Positions 38,784 to 52,030 of a stretch of DNA of 64,000 bases are shown here, piece by piece. Source of the stretch: Eledone cirrhosa. Its lineage: Eukaryota. Position numbers and translations under genes: made by a program. The stretch lies in assembly GCA_964016885.1 (NCBI GenBank), contig OZ024740.1:393452001-393516000 (forward strand). Reading direction: 5' to 3'. The notes beneath the pieces were generated by a model. The model did not search any database. It worked only from the letters and a program-made list of their open reading frames with translations, and had not been told where the DNA came from. Position 1 is the stretch's first letter. Every line of letters starts with the position of its first letter.

Positions 38784-40846
38784 GTGCTAAACACACCCCA
38801 TTAAGAACTATAAACAAATCTAAGAGCAGAATCCCTAGAAATAGAAAAACACTCATCAGAAAAATTAAGAGAACGAACAAAAAAATCAACAAGCTGAAAT
38901 ACTGTCAGCAGCAACACATCAACTTGACTGCCATTTCATCACTAGAGATTAAAAAACATAACCTCCAAAACAACATAATGTCCCTCATCAACAATCAGAG
39001 AAGAGCTGAAGAGGCCTGGGCCATTGAGAAGATCAAACTCAATCCCAAAGTGTTCTTTTCATTTGCAAAAAAACACAAAATCACTGGCTCTACTGTTGGC
39101 CCTCTAATTGATGAAAATGGCACTCTTCAAGACAATGCTAAAACCATGGGTGAGATACTGCAGAAACAATACTGCTCTGTTTTCAGCAATCCTGATATGG
39201 CCGATCTGGGCTGTATCGGCGATGTTACTCCCCATTACACCTTATCGGACATAACGTTTGGCGCCCCTGATGTCTTGGCGGCAATAAAGGAAATCAAACA
39301 TAATTCAGCAGTAGGTCCCGATAGGTTCCCTGCTTGTGTCTTGAAGGCGTGTCAACACCAACTTGCTTCTCCTCTTGCCAATCTGTGGCGGAACTCACTG
39401 GATGCTGGATATGTGCCAGAAAACCTTCTATCCCAGTCTGTTGTCCCAGTTTTCAAAAAGGGAAACAAATCCCTTGCCGTGAATTACCGTCCAATCTCAC
39501 TCACCTCTCATATCATTAAGGTATTTGAGCGAGTGGTGAGATCGCGAATGACCCACTTCCTTGAGAGTAACAATATGCTGAACTCCAACCAGCATGGATT
39601 CCGTAATGGAAGGGATTGCCTGACGCAACTACTGCATCACTTTGATGACATTTTGAGAGCCTTGGGAGAGGGTTCCAACACTGATGTTATCTACCTTGAT
39701 TTCAGCAAGGCCTTTGACAGGGTTGATCATAACATTCTACTGAGAAAGCTGTCCAATATTGGTGTCACTGGAAAGCTGCTGCAGTGGATCAAGAGCTTCC
39801 TGTCAAACAGAACCCAACATGTTGTAGTTGAGGGAGTCAAATCAAGCCCAGCCAAAGTCAGTAGTGGAGTCCCACAAGGCACTGTGTTGGGCCCACTTCT
39901 CTTCATCATCTATATTAATGACATCACTGACATCATCAAACACAGCAACATTAAAATTTTCGCTGATGATTCCAAGCTCCAAAAGGTCATCAATGGCGTG
40001 GATGACCGGATAAGCCTTCAGTCAGACCTACTGGCTGTTACCCAATGGGCAGAAAAGAACAACATGTTACTGAACGAAGACAAATTCGAACTGATCCACT
40101 TTGGAAAAGAGGATGCTCTGAAACTCCCGTACTCCCTTCCCTCCGGGGAAACTCTCGTGGCATCTAACAACATCAGAGACTTGGGAGTAACCGTGGACAG
40201 CAACATAAGCTGGACCACGCATATAAGCAGCAAAGTTGACATGGCCCGCAGAATGTGTTCCTGGATCCTCAGAACCTTCCAGTCGAGAGATTCCCGCACC
40301 ATTATCCTTCTCTTCTCTACTTTCGCCCGACCACACCTTGAATACTGTTGTCCACTGTGGTCTCCCCACACGAAACAAAGTATCATGAAACTTGAAGCTC
40401 CTCAAAGGGCAATCACGAAAAAGATAGATGGCATGTCAGACCTTGACTACTGGGGTCGATTGGAAAACCTGAAACTTTACTCACTCCAACGTCGCCGTGA
40501 GCGTTATATTATCTGCATGATGTGGAAAATGTTCCATCATCACTGCCCAAATGATGTTGGCATCGCCTTCAAGATACACCCAAGGCTTGGGCCCCGTGCT
40601 ATCCGTCCCATTCAAAAATCTAAATCGCAACTCATAACAACAATACGGCACAATTATTTCACCTCAATCGGCCCTGCTCTCTTCAACATCACACCAGGAC
40701 ACGTCAAAACAGAAACTGACCACACAAGATTCAAGAAGTCTTTGGACAAATTCCTCCAAGTAATCCCGGACAAACCACCCACACCCGGATATGTCTCCGC
40801 AAACAGTAATTCTCTTCTCGAATGGGCCATGGTGCCCAAATCCTGA
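38784..40846 (+). CDS. CR1-group LINE ORF2, 5'-truncated (RT and C-terminal domain), uninterrupted
   Basis: [68 protein letters not shown]; the annotated N-terminal 25 aa are satellite read-through. Confidence 0.93.
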
Positions 40847-40933
40847 ATTGAAAGACTTCGCCAGGTGGTGCTATTAAGTTAGACATGGCCTGGGCCAATA
40901 CTGGCCAAAACATTTCAAAGTTATTCAAAGTTA
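38784..40933 (+). mobile_element. Young CR1-group LINE inserted in TA satellite
   Basis: ORF plus short 3'UTR with GGCCAATACTGGCC hairpin and a (TTCAAAGTTA)x2 tail. Confidence 0.9.
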
Positions 40934-41201
40934 CATATATATAAATACATATATATGTATATACATTACATATATATGTACATATATGTATAAATATATA
41001 TAAATACATATATATACATACATATATATGTATATATATATATACATATATATACATACATATATAGACATACATATATATACATACATATATATGTATA
41101 TATATATATGTATACATATATATAAATACATATATATCCATACATATATACATACACATATATACATACATATACATACATATATATGTATATATATACA
41201 A

Positions 41202-41235
<34 letters not shown>

Positions 41236-41299
41236 GTATATATATACAAATATATACATACATATATATGTATATATATATATACATATATATACATAC

Positions 41300-41331
<32 letters not shown>

Positions 41332-41605
41332 GTATATATATACAAATATATACATACATATATATGTATATATATACATATATATACATACATATATATG
41401 TATTTATATACATATATATACATATATATGTATATATATATATACATATATATATATACATATATATGTATATATATACATATATATGTATATATATACA
41501 TATATATACATATATATGTATATATATATATACATACATATATATGCATATATATACATACATATATATGCATATATATATACATACATATATATGTATG
41601 TATGT
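40934..41605. repeat. TATACA-type compound satellite
   Basis: Direct reading. Confidence 0.95.
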
Positions 41606-42285
41606 ATCATCATCATCATCAACGTTTAACGTCCATGTTCCATGCTTGCATGGGTTTGGACGGGGGTTTTCCCACTTGAGGCAAGAGTGATTGTCTTGCT
41701 CGCATAGGACTGTCTGGCAGGCTTTCTACAGTTGGATGCCCTTCCTAACACCAACCACATTTACAGTGTGGGTCTGGGAGGTTTTTACCGTGTTGCCTAC
41801 ACGGCCACATTACAGCGTGGACTGTGTGTTTTTTTGTCGTGACACCTACACGATCTCATTTGTTTCGGCCTGGATGGTGTGGCACCAACACAACTTTACA
41901 TAGAAGGGGCGGTGTGGATGGGGTGGGGGGTGGTGGGACGGGTGTGTATTTTGTTAGAGATGCCTACTGACTGTAGTAGGTTTTACTTTGTATTTAGGTA
42001 AGGCGGGTCTTCTCTATTACTGAGTACCGCCAAAGGTCTCGGTCCAGTGACATTGTCTTGGTGAGGTGTAAGTGTGTGAGGTCGGAGTTTATCAGCTCGT
42101 CCCAGGTTTTTCTGGGTCTGCCTATTCCGTGGCTACTGTCTATCTTTATTGCCCTGCACTTTGTTATACAGCTATCATCCTTCATGCGCATCACGTGACC
42201 ATACCAACGTAGCCTTCTCTCGAGTAAACAACATCTGATCCCTCTTATTTCTAATTTTTTCCTTAGTTCGTTTATGCTTTGTCGT
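41606..42285 (-). mobile_element. RTE-PHD family 3' fragment
   Basis: (CAT)n followed by the reverse complement of about 37400-38187. Confidence 0.93.
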
Positions 42286-42511
42286 TATATATACATATAT
42301 ATACATACATATATATACATATATATATACATACATATATATGTATATATATACATATATATACATACATATATATGTATATATATATACATACATACAT
42401 ATATATGCATATATATATACATATATATGCATATATATACATATATATGCATATATATACATATATATGCATATATATACATATATATGCATATATATAC
42501 ATACATATATA

Positions 42512-42557
<46 letters not shown>

Positions 42558-42613
42558 TATTGCATATATATATATATATACATATATACATATATATATA
42601 TATACATATATAT
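42286..42613. repeat. TATACA/TATGCA satellite
   Basis: Direct reading. Confidence 0.95.
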
Positions 42614-42614
42614 T

Positions 42615-42970
42615 CAGCAGTCTCTCATAGTATGTCTACCACGCTTCCTCCTTTTCAGTGTCAGACAGGGCAAGTGTTCCACTATCATTTCGGACATACT
42701 TTTCTCCAACCACATCATGATTTTCTTTGGAATACTGTCTCGTAATCCTGAACACTTCACGATGCAGAACATGTGCCAACTTCTTTTCTGCCCCTCCCTT
42801 CACTAGATATACTTGGCACCTGACTTCCCTTCCAGCTTTCTGGTAATGCTTTCTGTCTCCTCTGTTCCTCCATTTTCCCCAGGCTTGTCTTTTTGTTTTA
42901 ATGGCTCTTTCTACCTTGTCATTCACCACCATTCCACCGTCTGTCTTGGAGGGAACTTGCTCCAGCCATA
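42615..42970 (-). mobile_element. Older RTE-PHD family internal fragment
   Basis: [41 protein letters not shown] aligns to REVFRIARQCVKENRDIVGGKCVLNDDGVLAITDADKKVAW at 26911. Confidence 0.85.
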
Positions 42971-43449
42971 GATATATGGCAACAACATGGACAACATTTC
43001 TTGAGAAAACACAATCATATAGTTTAATGTGAGGTCAAAATTCAAATGTTCTTCCTTTTTGGTTTTACAAAGCCTATATATAATGATGAAATACATGACC
43101 AACCCAGAGATTTATTTATTTATTGTTATGAACAGGCTTATAAAATTAATGAGCAAATGGCTAAGCAATCCTTTTATCCTCAGGTCATAGCTGACTAGGC
43201 AAGCATATAATCAGACGCATTTTAACTGAAAGCATTACGTTTTCTTTCATTTTCTTTTTCAGATAGACTTTATTTAGGATTACATTAGCCATTTCTAGCA
43301 AGCTGAGCAACCATACAAAGATTCTGCTCATTAGCTCGATGAGGTATGAGTTAAATAGTTAGTATGGAAATTAAATGAAGGAAATGTAAACAACAAACCT
43401 ATCCTCAAGCATACTATTCATGCTAGGAGAAATACTGTGTTCAGTGGGA

Positions 43450-45200
43450 TATACTGATGATGATAATGATGATCAGTGTTGTCATCATAACCATCACCAC
43501 TACCACCATTAATCGTCATCCTTAGAATGCTCATTTACATTATCTTCACCAACACCATCATCATCATCATTCTCATTTATCACAAATTTTGCAATCACAA
43601 TCACTATTATCATCATTATCCACCTCCCCTCACTATCTTCACCACCACCACCACAGCCACTACTACTATCACAGTTATAATTGCACCGTCATCCCTGTCA
43701 CCACCACAACCCTGTCAATCATAATTACTGCCAGCTACAAACAGGAACCTTTCATTTCCATTGCCCTCTAGCACCTTTCAATGCCATCAGACATGTTTGT
43801 TCTCTACAACCTAATCTGCCAACATCATCAGTACCATAGTAATCACTACCACAACACCAATCTCTGCCTCCACCAGTTACATACACAACATTCATTATCC
43901 TTTTCGTTTTTGCATTTCTGTCATCATCTAATATGCACCAGGATCCCATTGCTACATGACATCATTCTAAACTCCCATTTTACCACATCCAATCTCAATG
44001 CCCAATCAAAACTCACTCATTAAATATTCCATCATAGTTTACAAAAGTATCAATCTCTTACCATTAAAATTGTCATCACCAGCCAATCAGGGAACCATTA
44101 CATAGCCACTTCACTAGCTAAACAGAGCAACAAAATCTCCCTCAAACTATAGTGTGCTAAAAAAACCATTGGATAATATAATTCAATGTACACTATGCTA
44201 GAACAAAAAAAGTGCATGGACATGGCTAGAATGCCTTTTATCATAAGTCTACTTGATGAAGGTTTCCCTGTGTTCAACAATATCAACCACCACCTACTAC
44301 ATCACCTCTTCCCCTACCTTGTATTTCTAAAACTAACTATACCCCTGCAATGAAACCAACCTACTTCTATCATCATTGTCACTATTTCAACCACATCTGA
44401 GACACTTCCAATTTGAACTTCAAATGTCTGTTCTACCTAAACCCCCTTCATCATCATCTGCATTGTTATATTTTGAATGAATACTGCCACTTTTCTGTTT
44501 TAACCAGTTAACATACCACCACCTCTTCTTCATTACTGCCATTAGTACCATCAACAATGCAATTATTTATCATTCTATGACCAATTCTATCAGATACAGC
44601 ATATCATATCATCATAAATTTCAGCACAGTCACCTCCACTACTTCCATCATCATTATCATCATATCTATCAGCATCAATACCACCACAGAATTCATTACA
44701 GCATCTCTAAATCCAAATTTGCCAGTGCCATCATCAACATTTTTACCATTATCTTGTACAACAACAACAACAACAATGCTATCAACTACTCCATCACAAT
44801 GAGCTTCTCAAGTCCGAGCAAAAGAATTTCTATTATTTTGTCCACCGCAATTACCTCCCACGAACACAAACCACCACCACCACCACCACAAATATACCAT
44901 CTCCACTCCACTCACTATCACCATTACCACAAACATTACACTCTTCTACAATAAATATGTTAGCAGCAACATTCCCCTTCTTTTCCACCCTCCCCACCTT
45001 GCATAAGCCATCTATTTTCTTCATGCAATACACATTATTTCAATAAAAGTAAACCCTAATATTTGATAAGCCTAAACCTAAACAAATATGTAAATAACAC
45101 CAACAATATTAACAAACAAAAACAAAAGCATAACAACAAAAATAATCAGAATAACAATTAAATAACATCCACAACAATAGCAATGACAACAAGATCAGGA
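43450..45200. repeat. Degenerate (CAT)/(CAC)/(CAA) low-complexity region
   Basis: Strongly C+A-rich and G-poor on the + strand. Confidence 0.7.
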
Positions 45201-45458
45201 TAAAAAAAATATATTAAAACATTGTTCTATAGGCAAACAGTTTTTGCACATCAATGTGTATTGGGGATGGTACTACGTAGAGCGTGTGTGAAGATAAGTG
45301 CTGTTGTGCTGTGTTGTAATGTAGCACCATCAGCACAGTGGTTTGTGGTTTACATAGGAAAAAAAAAAGAAACATGGAAGGGAACCAATGCAGTTCACAC
45401 ACACACAGAAAGTTTGTAGACACGTATATATGTGTGCATATAAATATATATACGTATA

Positions 45459-46045
45459 CATCATCATCATTGTTTAATGTCCACTTTCCATGCTAGCATG
45501 GGTTAAACAGGTTGTCCCATTTGAGGCAAGTTTAATCAGATAACCGTGTCTTCTCATACAGAACTGTTTCCGGCTTGGTTTCAACAGCTGGATGCCCTTC
45601 CTAATGCCAACCATATTTACTGTGTGTGCTGGGTGCGTTTTGTCATGACTCCTACACGACCACTTTACAGTGTGGACTGGGTGCATTTTGTTTTAACACC
45701 TACACGACACTTTACAGTATAGGGTTGGTGCTTTTTGTCATGACTCCTACACAACCACTTTACAGTGCGGGGCTGGTGCTTTTTGTCGCGAGACCTACAT
45801 GACCACTTTACAGTGTGGGCTGAATGCTTTTTGTCGCGACACCTACACGACCACCTTACAGTGTGGGGCCGGTGCTTTTTGTCGCAACACCTACACGACC
45901 ACTTTACAGTGTGGGCTGGTTCTGGGTACTTTAATCGTGACACCTACACAACTTTAGGATGCAGGGGTGGTGTGGACTGCAGTGGGAGGGTAGGTGTAGG
46001 GGCATGGGATGTATGGAAAGGACTATAGTGGTTAAGAGGTGCCTA
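45459..46045 (-). mobile_element. RTE-PHD 3'UTR with expanded ~45-60 bp tandem units
   Basis: (CAT)n tail, then about six copies of CACTTTACAGTGTGG..GCTTTTTGTCG..ACCTACACGAC. Confidence 0.85.
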
Positions 46046-46632
46046 CAAAATGTGTGTCTGAGTCTGTGTATATGGGAAGGTGTATCTTCTGCATATATAT
46101 GTATATATATATATTTATTTATATGTATATATATATATATACACACACACATATGTATATACATACATGCATATACAAATTGTGAGAGTACTTCTGCAAT
46201 GGTTTGCTATGGATGTTTGTAGTAGAAGTAGAGTTAAAATTTGTATATTACTAACCTTTATTGATTATCTTAGAATGATTGTGTTTAACTCACTGGCTTA
46301 AAGGGCGAGACCTAACAGGTCAGAGTAAATCTATTGACAATGACATCATTCTGATGTCTTTTGTGAACTCAAGATAACTGCTTTGGACAGCTGACGGCAG
46401 ACTATTTAAGAGGATGCTATGATCTTATGAAAATCAGCTGATGGCCTCTAGAAAACCATTCCTCCAAACAACTTGGCAATATGACTCCCAAACAAATGAA
46501 GTAAATATCTATGAGGCCAAAAAGCCAGTGTGTGTGTGTGTGGTCGAAATGGTCTATTAGCTAACTAGGAAATAATAGTTTGAATCACTCTGCTAAGATT
46601 TCGCACGCACGCACGCACACACACACACACAT

Positions 46633-46969
46633 GGAGGCACATGGCTTAGTGGTTAGAGCATTGGGCTTGCAATCGAAAGGTTGTGAGTTCAATTCTCAGA
46701 CCGGGTGATGTGTTGTTTCCTTGAGCAAGACACTTTATTTCACATTGCTCCAGTTTACTCAGCTGTAGTAATGAGATGATAAGGACTGGGGTCCCTATCA
46801 TTCCACTGCAAAGTGGTCGTGGAGGTGCCACAGCAAAAAAGCACCCAGTACTCACTGTAAATGAGGTTGGTGTTAGGAAGGGCATCCAGCTGTAGAAATC
46901 AAGCCAGAATCAGTTCCCGTCCCACCCTTGCAAGCAGGGAAAAGCGGACGTAAAATGATGATGATGATG

Positions 46970-46971
<2 letters not shown>
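46633..46971 (+). mobile_element. tRNA-headed CORE-like SINE with RTE-derived tail
   Basis: A-box TGGCTTAGTGG, B-box GTTCAATTC, CCTTGAGCAAGACACTT core, tail GTTAGGAAGGGCATCCAGCTGTAGAA...(GAT)n. Confidence 0.85.
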
Positions 46972-47003
<32 letters not shown>

Positions 47004-47805
47004 AAGAGAAAAAGAGAGAGAGAGAGAGGTGAGACGATAGTTACAAAGGTCTACAATCAATACGACTAAGGATTTTAGCTTTAAGGTGGCTTGAATCCCC
47101 ATTGCATCTAGCTGTACACCATCTTTCAGATAGAACATGTTTTCTAATCAAGTTATATGTTATGGTAGGATAAGTAGCTAGATGAATGTTTTTATGGAGG
47201 TAGTAAATAAACTTTTAAAATATATAGAAGGATAGGGATACAAAGAAAATTTTCTGATACGTTTTCGTAGGTACTTTGGCACTAAAAGGGAGATTCTGTG
47301 AAAATTTGGGGTTATTTCTAGTTTGCAGATAAGAGGCATAGGATTTTGAAATTAACTTATTTACATTAAGGTAATAGAAGCTTAGCATATTTAAGAAAGA
47401 TTCCCAAAAATTCTGTGGGGGTTAGTTTCAGTTTGCTTTGGAAAGCGTATGACTTGAAATTAAATTTAATTTTTATTTATTTGCTTTGAGATCCAAGTAA
47501 ATATTGGTATATTTGCATTGAAGTAGTAATTTTTTTTGTAAAAGGTAAAGGGTGTGTAATTTCACAATGAAACTAGAAATTTAACATGGCACTGAATGTC
47601 TGATATGACCTACTTAGGTAAACTTTAGCTTTTTTAGGGGTAATCAAATTCTGAAAACCTTTGTTAGTCTTTTAGTTTGACCAATACTTGACCAAAGGGC
47701 ATCAGCTAGTGGTGCCTAGTACTTACTTTCACACTTTCTTTGTATTCGCCTTGAAGAATGGTTGCATTTTTAGGAACAATCCAGATAGGTAAGTCATGAT
47801 TTTGA

Positions 47806-47978
47806 CGGTAGCATAGCTAGAGGGGGTAAGGGTGGGGTGGGGTGAGTGGCTTGCCCCAGGCGACACTTTTATGGGAGCAGCACTTTTGAGTCTGCTGTAG
47901 GCTATAAGTGTTCTTTTAATGCTGCAGCATAATATTATAATTGTACACAGACTAGTTGATATATATAAACTTTAAGAG

Positions 47979-48037
<59 letters not shown>

Positions 48038-48119
48038 GAGCAATATGTATTTTTTGTGGAGATCCAGGGGAGGCAAATTGAAGGGCTGTCCTGATCAATA
48101 CACACTAGCTACATCACTG
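47806..48119. mobile_element. hAT-type MITE containing a (TA)n tract
   Basis: TIRs CGGTAGCATAGCTAG / CTAGCTACATCACTG; degenerate 8-bp TSD GATTTTGA / GATTTCAT. Confidence 0.7.
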
Positions 48120-48526
48120 GATTTCATTAATTTATTTTGCAAATTTCTGATTACATGGTTGTATTTTTAAATTTCTTTTTATACATGTAGGTTTGTGTAT
48201 ATATTATGCATTTGTGTGTATATATATCATATTTATTTTATGTAAATAATGACAATGAGGTTTATACCTTTTTGTATCATTTCTTAAATAGATTGGGTAT
48301 TTTCTTTATTATTATGTTGGCTTTTAGGTTGTGTTATAGGAAGTAGATTTCTTGTATTGTTCATCTTGTATTCGATTTGGTTGTTATTTTATGTTGTGAG
48401 AACTAGACTTCCCAATGCATGGTATCATGTTATCTTAGTGGATAGTCTGAGGGTCTCAAGTCAAGGGTATACGGGAGAAGTTGGAGAATGGCCTATTATG
48501 TAATGGGGTCATAGTCGCTGCTGATA

Positions 48527-48656
48527 ACACCCAGCACTCACTGTAAATGAGGTTGGTGTTAGGAAGGGCATCAAGCTGTAGAAATCAAGCAGAATCAGTT
48601 CCCGTCCCACTCTTGCAAGCAGGGAAAAGCAGACATATGATGATGATGATGATGAT
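48527..48656 (+). mobile_element. 3' tail of the SINE family at 46633
   Basis: Near-identical to 46842-46971. Confidence 0.85.
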
Positions 48657-48679
48657 ATATAATAATAATAATAATAATA

Positions 48680-49113
48680 ATATAGTAATGGCTTCTACAG
48701 GACTAGAACTGTTTCATTCGAAGGAAATCACAAGGAAAGCTGACTGTCAATGTGATATGGTGGTATTTATACATTTTCTGGTGGTAGAGGAAGGTGACAA
48801 TTGGGATGGGTGGCAGTCATGAAACAATTCTAGTCATGTAGAAGCCATTTCTATATTAAATATTTATACTCTGCTATGTATTGAGTACTTTACTTACTGT
48901 GGTTACCCCAGATTGAACCTGAGATACACACACATATATATATATAGTACGTTATTCCGGGTTGAATCGGAGGTAACCACAGTAAGTAAGGTACTCAATA
49001 CATTGCAGAGTATAAAAGTTTTAATATAGATGAGATTCTGTATTGAGTACCTTACTTACTGTCTAAAGAATGAAACAGTTCTAGTCCTGTAGAATCTCAT
49101 CTATATTAAAACT
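48680..49113. repeat. Patchwork of one repeat module in alternating orientations
   Basis: GAATGAAACAGTTCTAGTCCTGTAGAA and ATTGAGTACCTTACTTACTGT modules recur in both orientations around (TA)n. Confidence 0.75.
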
Positions 49114-51201
49114 TATATATATATATATATTTATGTGTTCAGTCAGAGTTATAATATATCTCCTGTGTTGTATCAAGAGTGGTGACAAAATCTGTTTTGT
49201 ATTATGACAAGTTTTTCAGAGTCAAAAGACATCAAGTAACAACATTGTGAAGCTTGCTTGTAACTAGAAAAAATGTAAGGGTATGTGTGAACGTGTGTTT
49301 ATATGAGTGTGTGTGTTTGTAAGTGCATGCTTGTACTTGTAGTGTGTGTGTGTATGTATATGTGTGGCAGGATTAAACTTTGCACAGGGATGGAAGGGGA
49401 GATGTAGAATCTCATTTGTAGGTAACACAAGTCACCCATGAAAACAGCAGCAGTAGCAACAAGAACAACAACATTTCTTCCACTTTCTCTATTTCTCGTT
49501 TTTTTTCCCTTCTTGCTTTCTTTTCTTTCTTTCTCATTCATTCCAGGGTGGGTCTTCCCTGGTGAGAATTAACAGCATGAGCTTAGTATACTTATATCTT
49601 TGGCATCTGCTTAGAAAAAGGGGAAAAAACAACAAAGACAGGAACAAAACCCATACTATATTATGAGGGTGGCATAGGTGGAAAGAGTGGTTATTGTTGA
49701 TGCTGTTTAGCCCCAGGTCAGTTCTGATCATGTAGAACTATGATCAAGGGGTTTCTAGCTGTGTCCATCATTATCCAAGCTGCAGGCAACCCAGGACCAT
49801 ACTATCCAACATGTTCTGTATTTTAAAGACGGTAGCGTGATTTGAAGGAAATTTGGCTATTATTTCTATCAGGTTAAACAACCACATAAAGAAACCATCA
49901 TAGGATTGGGGAAAATGTGGTGAGGGAGACAGGTGTCATTCAAATGTAAAATATGAGAAATAAATAGATGAGAAGAAAAGGAAATAATAATTATAATAAT
50001 GGTTTCTAATTTAGGCACAAGGCCAGCAATTTTAGGGGAAAGTCACTTTGCTTTTTGAGGTGATAGGTATGACTAATTGTTGGATGACCATAAACAGGTT
50101 CCTACATTGACTTGCATTGACATATTGTATAAGGGAGATGACAGATTGGTAGTGTGCATGTGTCTGAGTGTATGTATGTGAAGTACATAGACATTTCCTA
50201 AGATGACCATCTTTTACTAAGACAACTGATAGAATTTTATTCAAACATATTTATCCTGATTGGACACATTTTGAGAAGACTAAATATATAACTGGTTACA
50301 TTAAAAAAAACAACAAAAAAACAAATCAAGTACAGAACCTTATCAGATTGAACAGGCTCTACAGAAGACATATTTCTCAAGTCAAGCCATTCTTTATTAT
50401 ATTTCCAATAAAATACACACTCCATGATTTTCAATAAATTTTGAAAATAAAAATTTGGAGACAGTAATAAAACTAACTTCTCATTATTATAAAGGAAGGT
50501 TTTTAGATAAATATAAACACTAAAAATGGTTTTGTACTAAGGAACCAGGGTCAATTTCAGGCAGTTTGATATTAAATGAGTTAATGAGGATCCAGCAAGA
50601 TACAATGCTGAGTTTAGTGATGTAATTGACATTGACACAGACAGGGGCAAATGGCAGAAGGGAACTGGCTAGAATTGTGTAAACAACATATGTTGTCTTG
50701 TCCTGCACATTATGGAAATGGAGGAGGATGTCAAAGAATACAAGAAGATACTTCGAGAGCATTGAGCCTATGTAAGTCTGCTTATTATATTGCTATAGGA
50801 AGATCAAGAGAATTGAAATGCATGTTGGCATTTCAAAGAAATGCTTTGATAACAGCCCAATGTTCTTTGAATTTCAACTGCTAAATTCAAAATAAAAAGA
50901 TCTTCAAAACTAAATTTATCATAATTGATATCAGAGAAAACTGGAAAACATTAAATTATCAAATACAGCAGATATTTTTAGTAGAGCTTGAATACTTATT
51001 TTTCAGTTTAATAATGACATGAAGGCAGATTACAAGATTTGGGAAACATGCAGCCTTAACAAAAAAATACCATAGATGAAACATTAATAAGATGGAAGCG
51101 TGAAAGATAAAGTCATTAGGAAGTTACACTAAAAGCCCATGAATATGGTAGAGTCAACATTATGAACTAGCTAGACTAAGAAATACTTTAAGCTATGGTA
51201 G

Positions 51202-51239
<38 letters not shown>

Positions 51240-51241
<2 letters not shown>

Positions 51242-51525
51242 TGGAGGCACGTGGCCTAGTGGTAAGAGTGTTGGACTTACGATCATAATGTCGTGGGCTC
51301 GATTCCTGGGTTGTGTGTTGTGTTCTTGAGCAAAACACTTCATTTCACGTTGCTCCAGTATACTCAGCTGAAAATGAGTACCAGCAATAGCTGGAGGTTT
51401 AACCTTGCGATGGACTGGCGTCCTGTCCAGGGGGGAGTTTTGTACTCTCAGTCGCTTCACGCCATGAAACCAGGATAAGCACCGGCCAAATGAACCTTCT
51501 GGCTTAAGACAGACTTTTAACTTTT
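51240..51525 (+). mobile_element. tRNA-headed CORE-like SINE, second tail type
   Basis: Same head and core as 46633; tail GCGATGGACTGGCGTCCTGTCCAGGG... Confidence 0.85.
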
Positions 51526-51554
51526 AGATACACACACTCACACACATACCCCCC

Positions 51555-51614
<60 letters not shown>

Positions 51615-51784
51615 GTATATATACAAAGATCGGAATTAAGAGTATTCAGCAGTTCACTGTAATAATAATAATAGTATTAGCTCAAAGAAGAATAGAGAAT
51701 TTCCTTCTGAGCTCAAATGCAAATATATTACACAAAGAGAAGTGTGTTACACAGTGAGATGTGTGTAATATATATACACACACA

Positions 51785-52030
51785 CAAACTAGGTATAAGA
51801 GGAATCAGATGCAGTGTGCAGGGGACAAGATTGAGTTGGTATGGACATGTGGTGTGTATGAAAGATGACAGTGGTATAAAAAGCTGCAGTGCTGAAACTT
51901 GACGGAAGCCATGGAGTGGGAAGGCTCAGAAAGACTTGGGATGAAGAGATAAAAACTGACCTTGTTCAATTGCATCTCTTAAAGGTAAGATCTCTGGCAG
52001 TAAATCAGAAGACCCACCTTCCCATGAGGA
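51785..52030 (+). mobile_element. Degenerate RTE-PHD family 3' ORF fragment
   Basis: KLGIRGIRCSVQGTRLSWYGHVVCMKDDSGIK. Confidence 0.8.

Noticed and set aside
35176-42806. Many long Y/I/H/C/M/V-rich ORFs (for example 35843-37084, 40731-41585, 41028-41690)
   Set aside because: Translations of stop-free TA/CA satellites, not genes
41606-42970. Single RTE copy whose middle was replaced by satellite
   Set aside because: The 42615-42970 piece is far more diverged than 41606-42285, so two independent insertions are more likely
43450-45200. His/Thr-rich ORFs
   Set aside because: Degenerate trinucleotide low-complexity DNA with no sustained frame
45615-45950. CRISPR-like regularly spaced repeats
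   Set aside because: Whole units are homologous with no unique spacers; derived from a LINE 3'UTR; eukaryotic context with no cas genes
46633-46710. tRNA-like sequences with A and B boxes (also 51240, 57270-57345, 17321, 19078)
   Set aside because: SINE heads: no complete cloverleaf and they continue into SINE bodies
47030-47760. Possible decayed Penelope RT on the minus strand (FKSLFT, DG...AMG)
   Set aside because: Motif spacing is wrong and there are many stops; not supportable by eye
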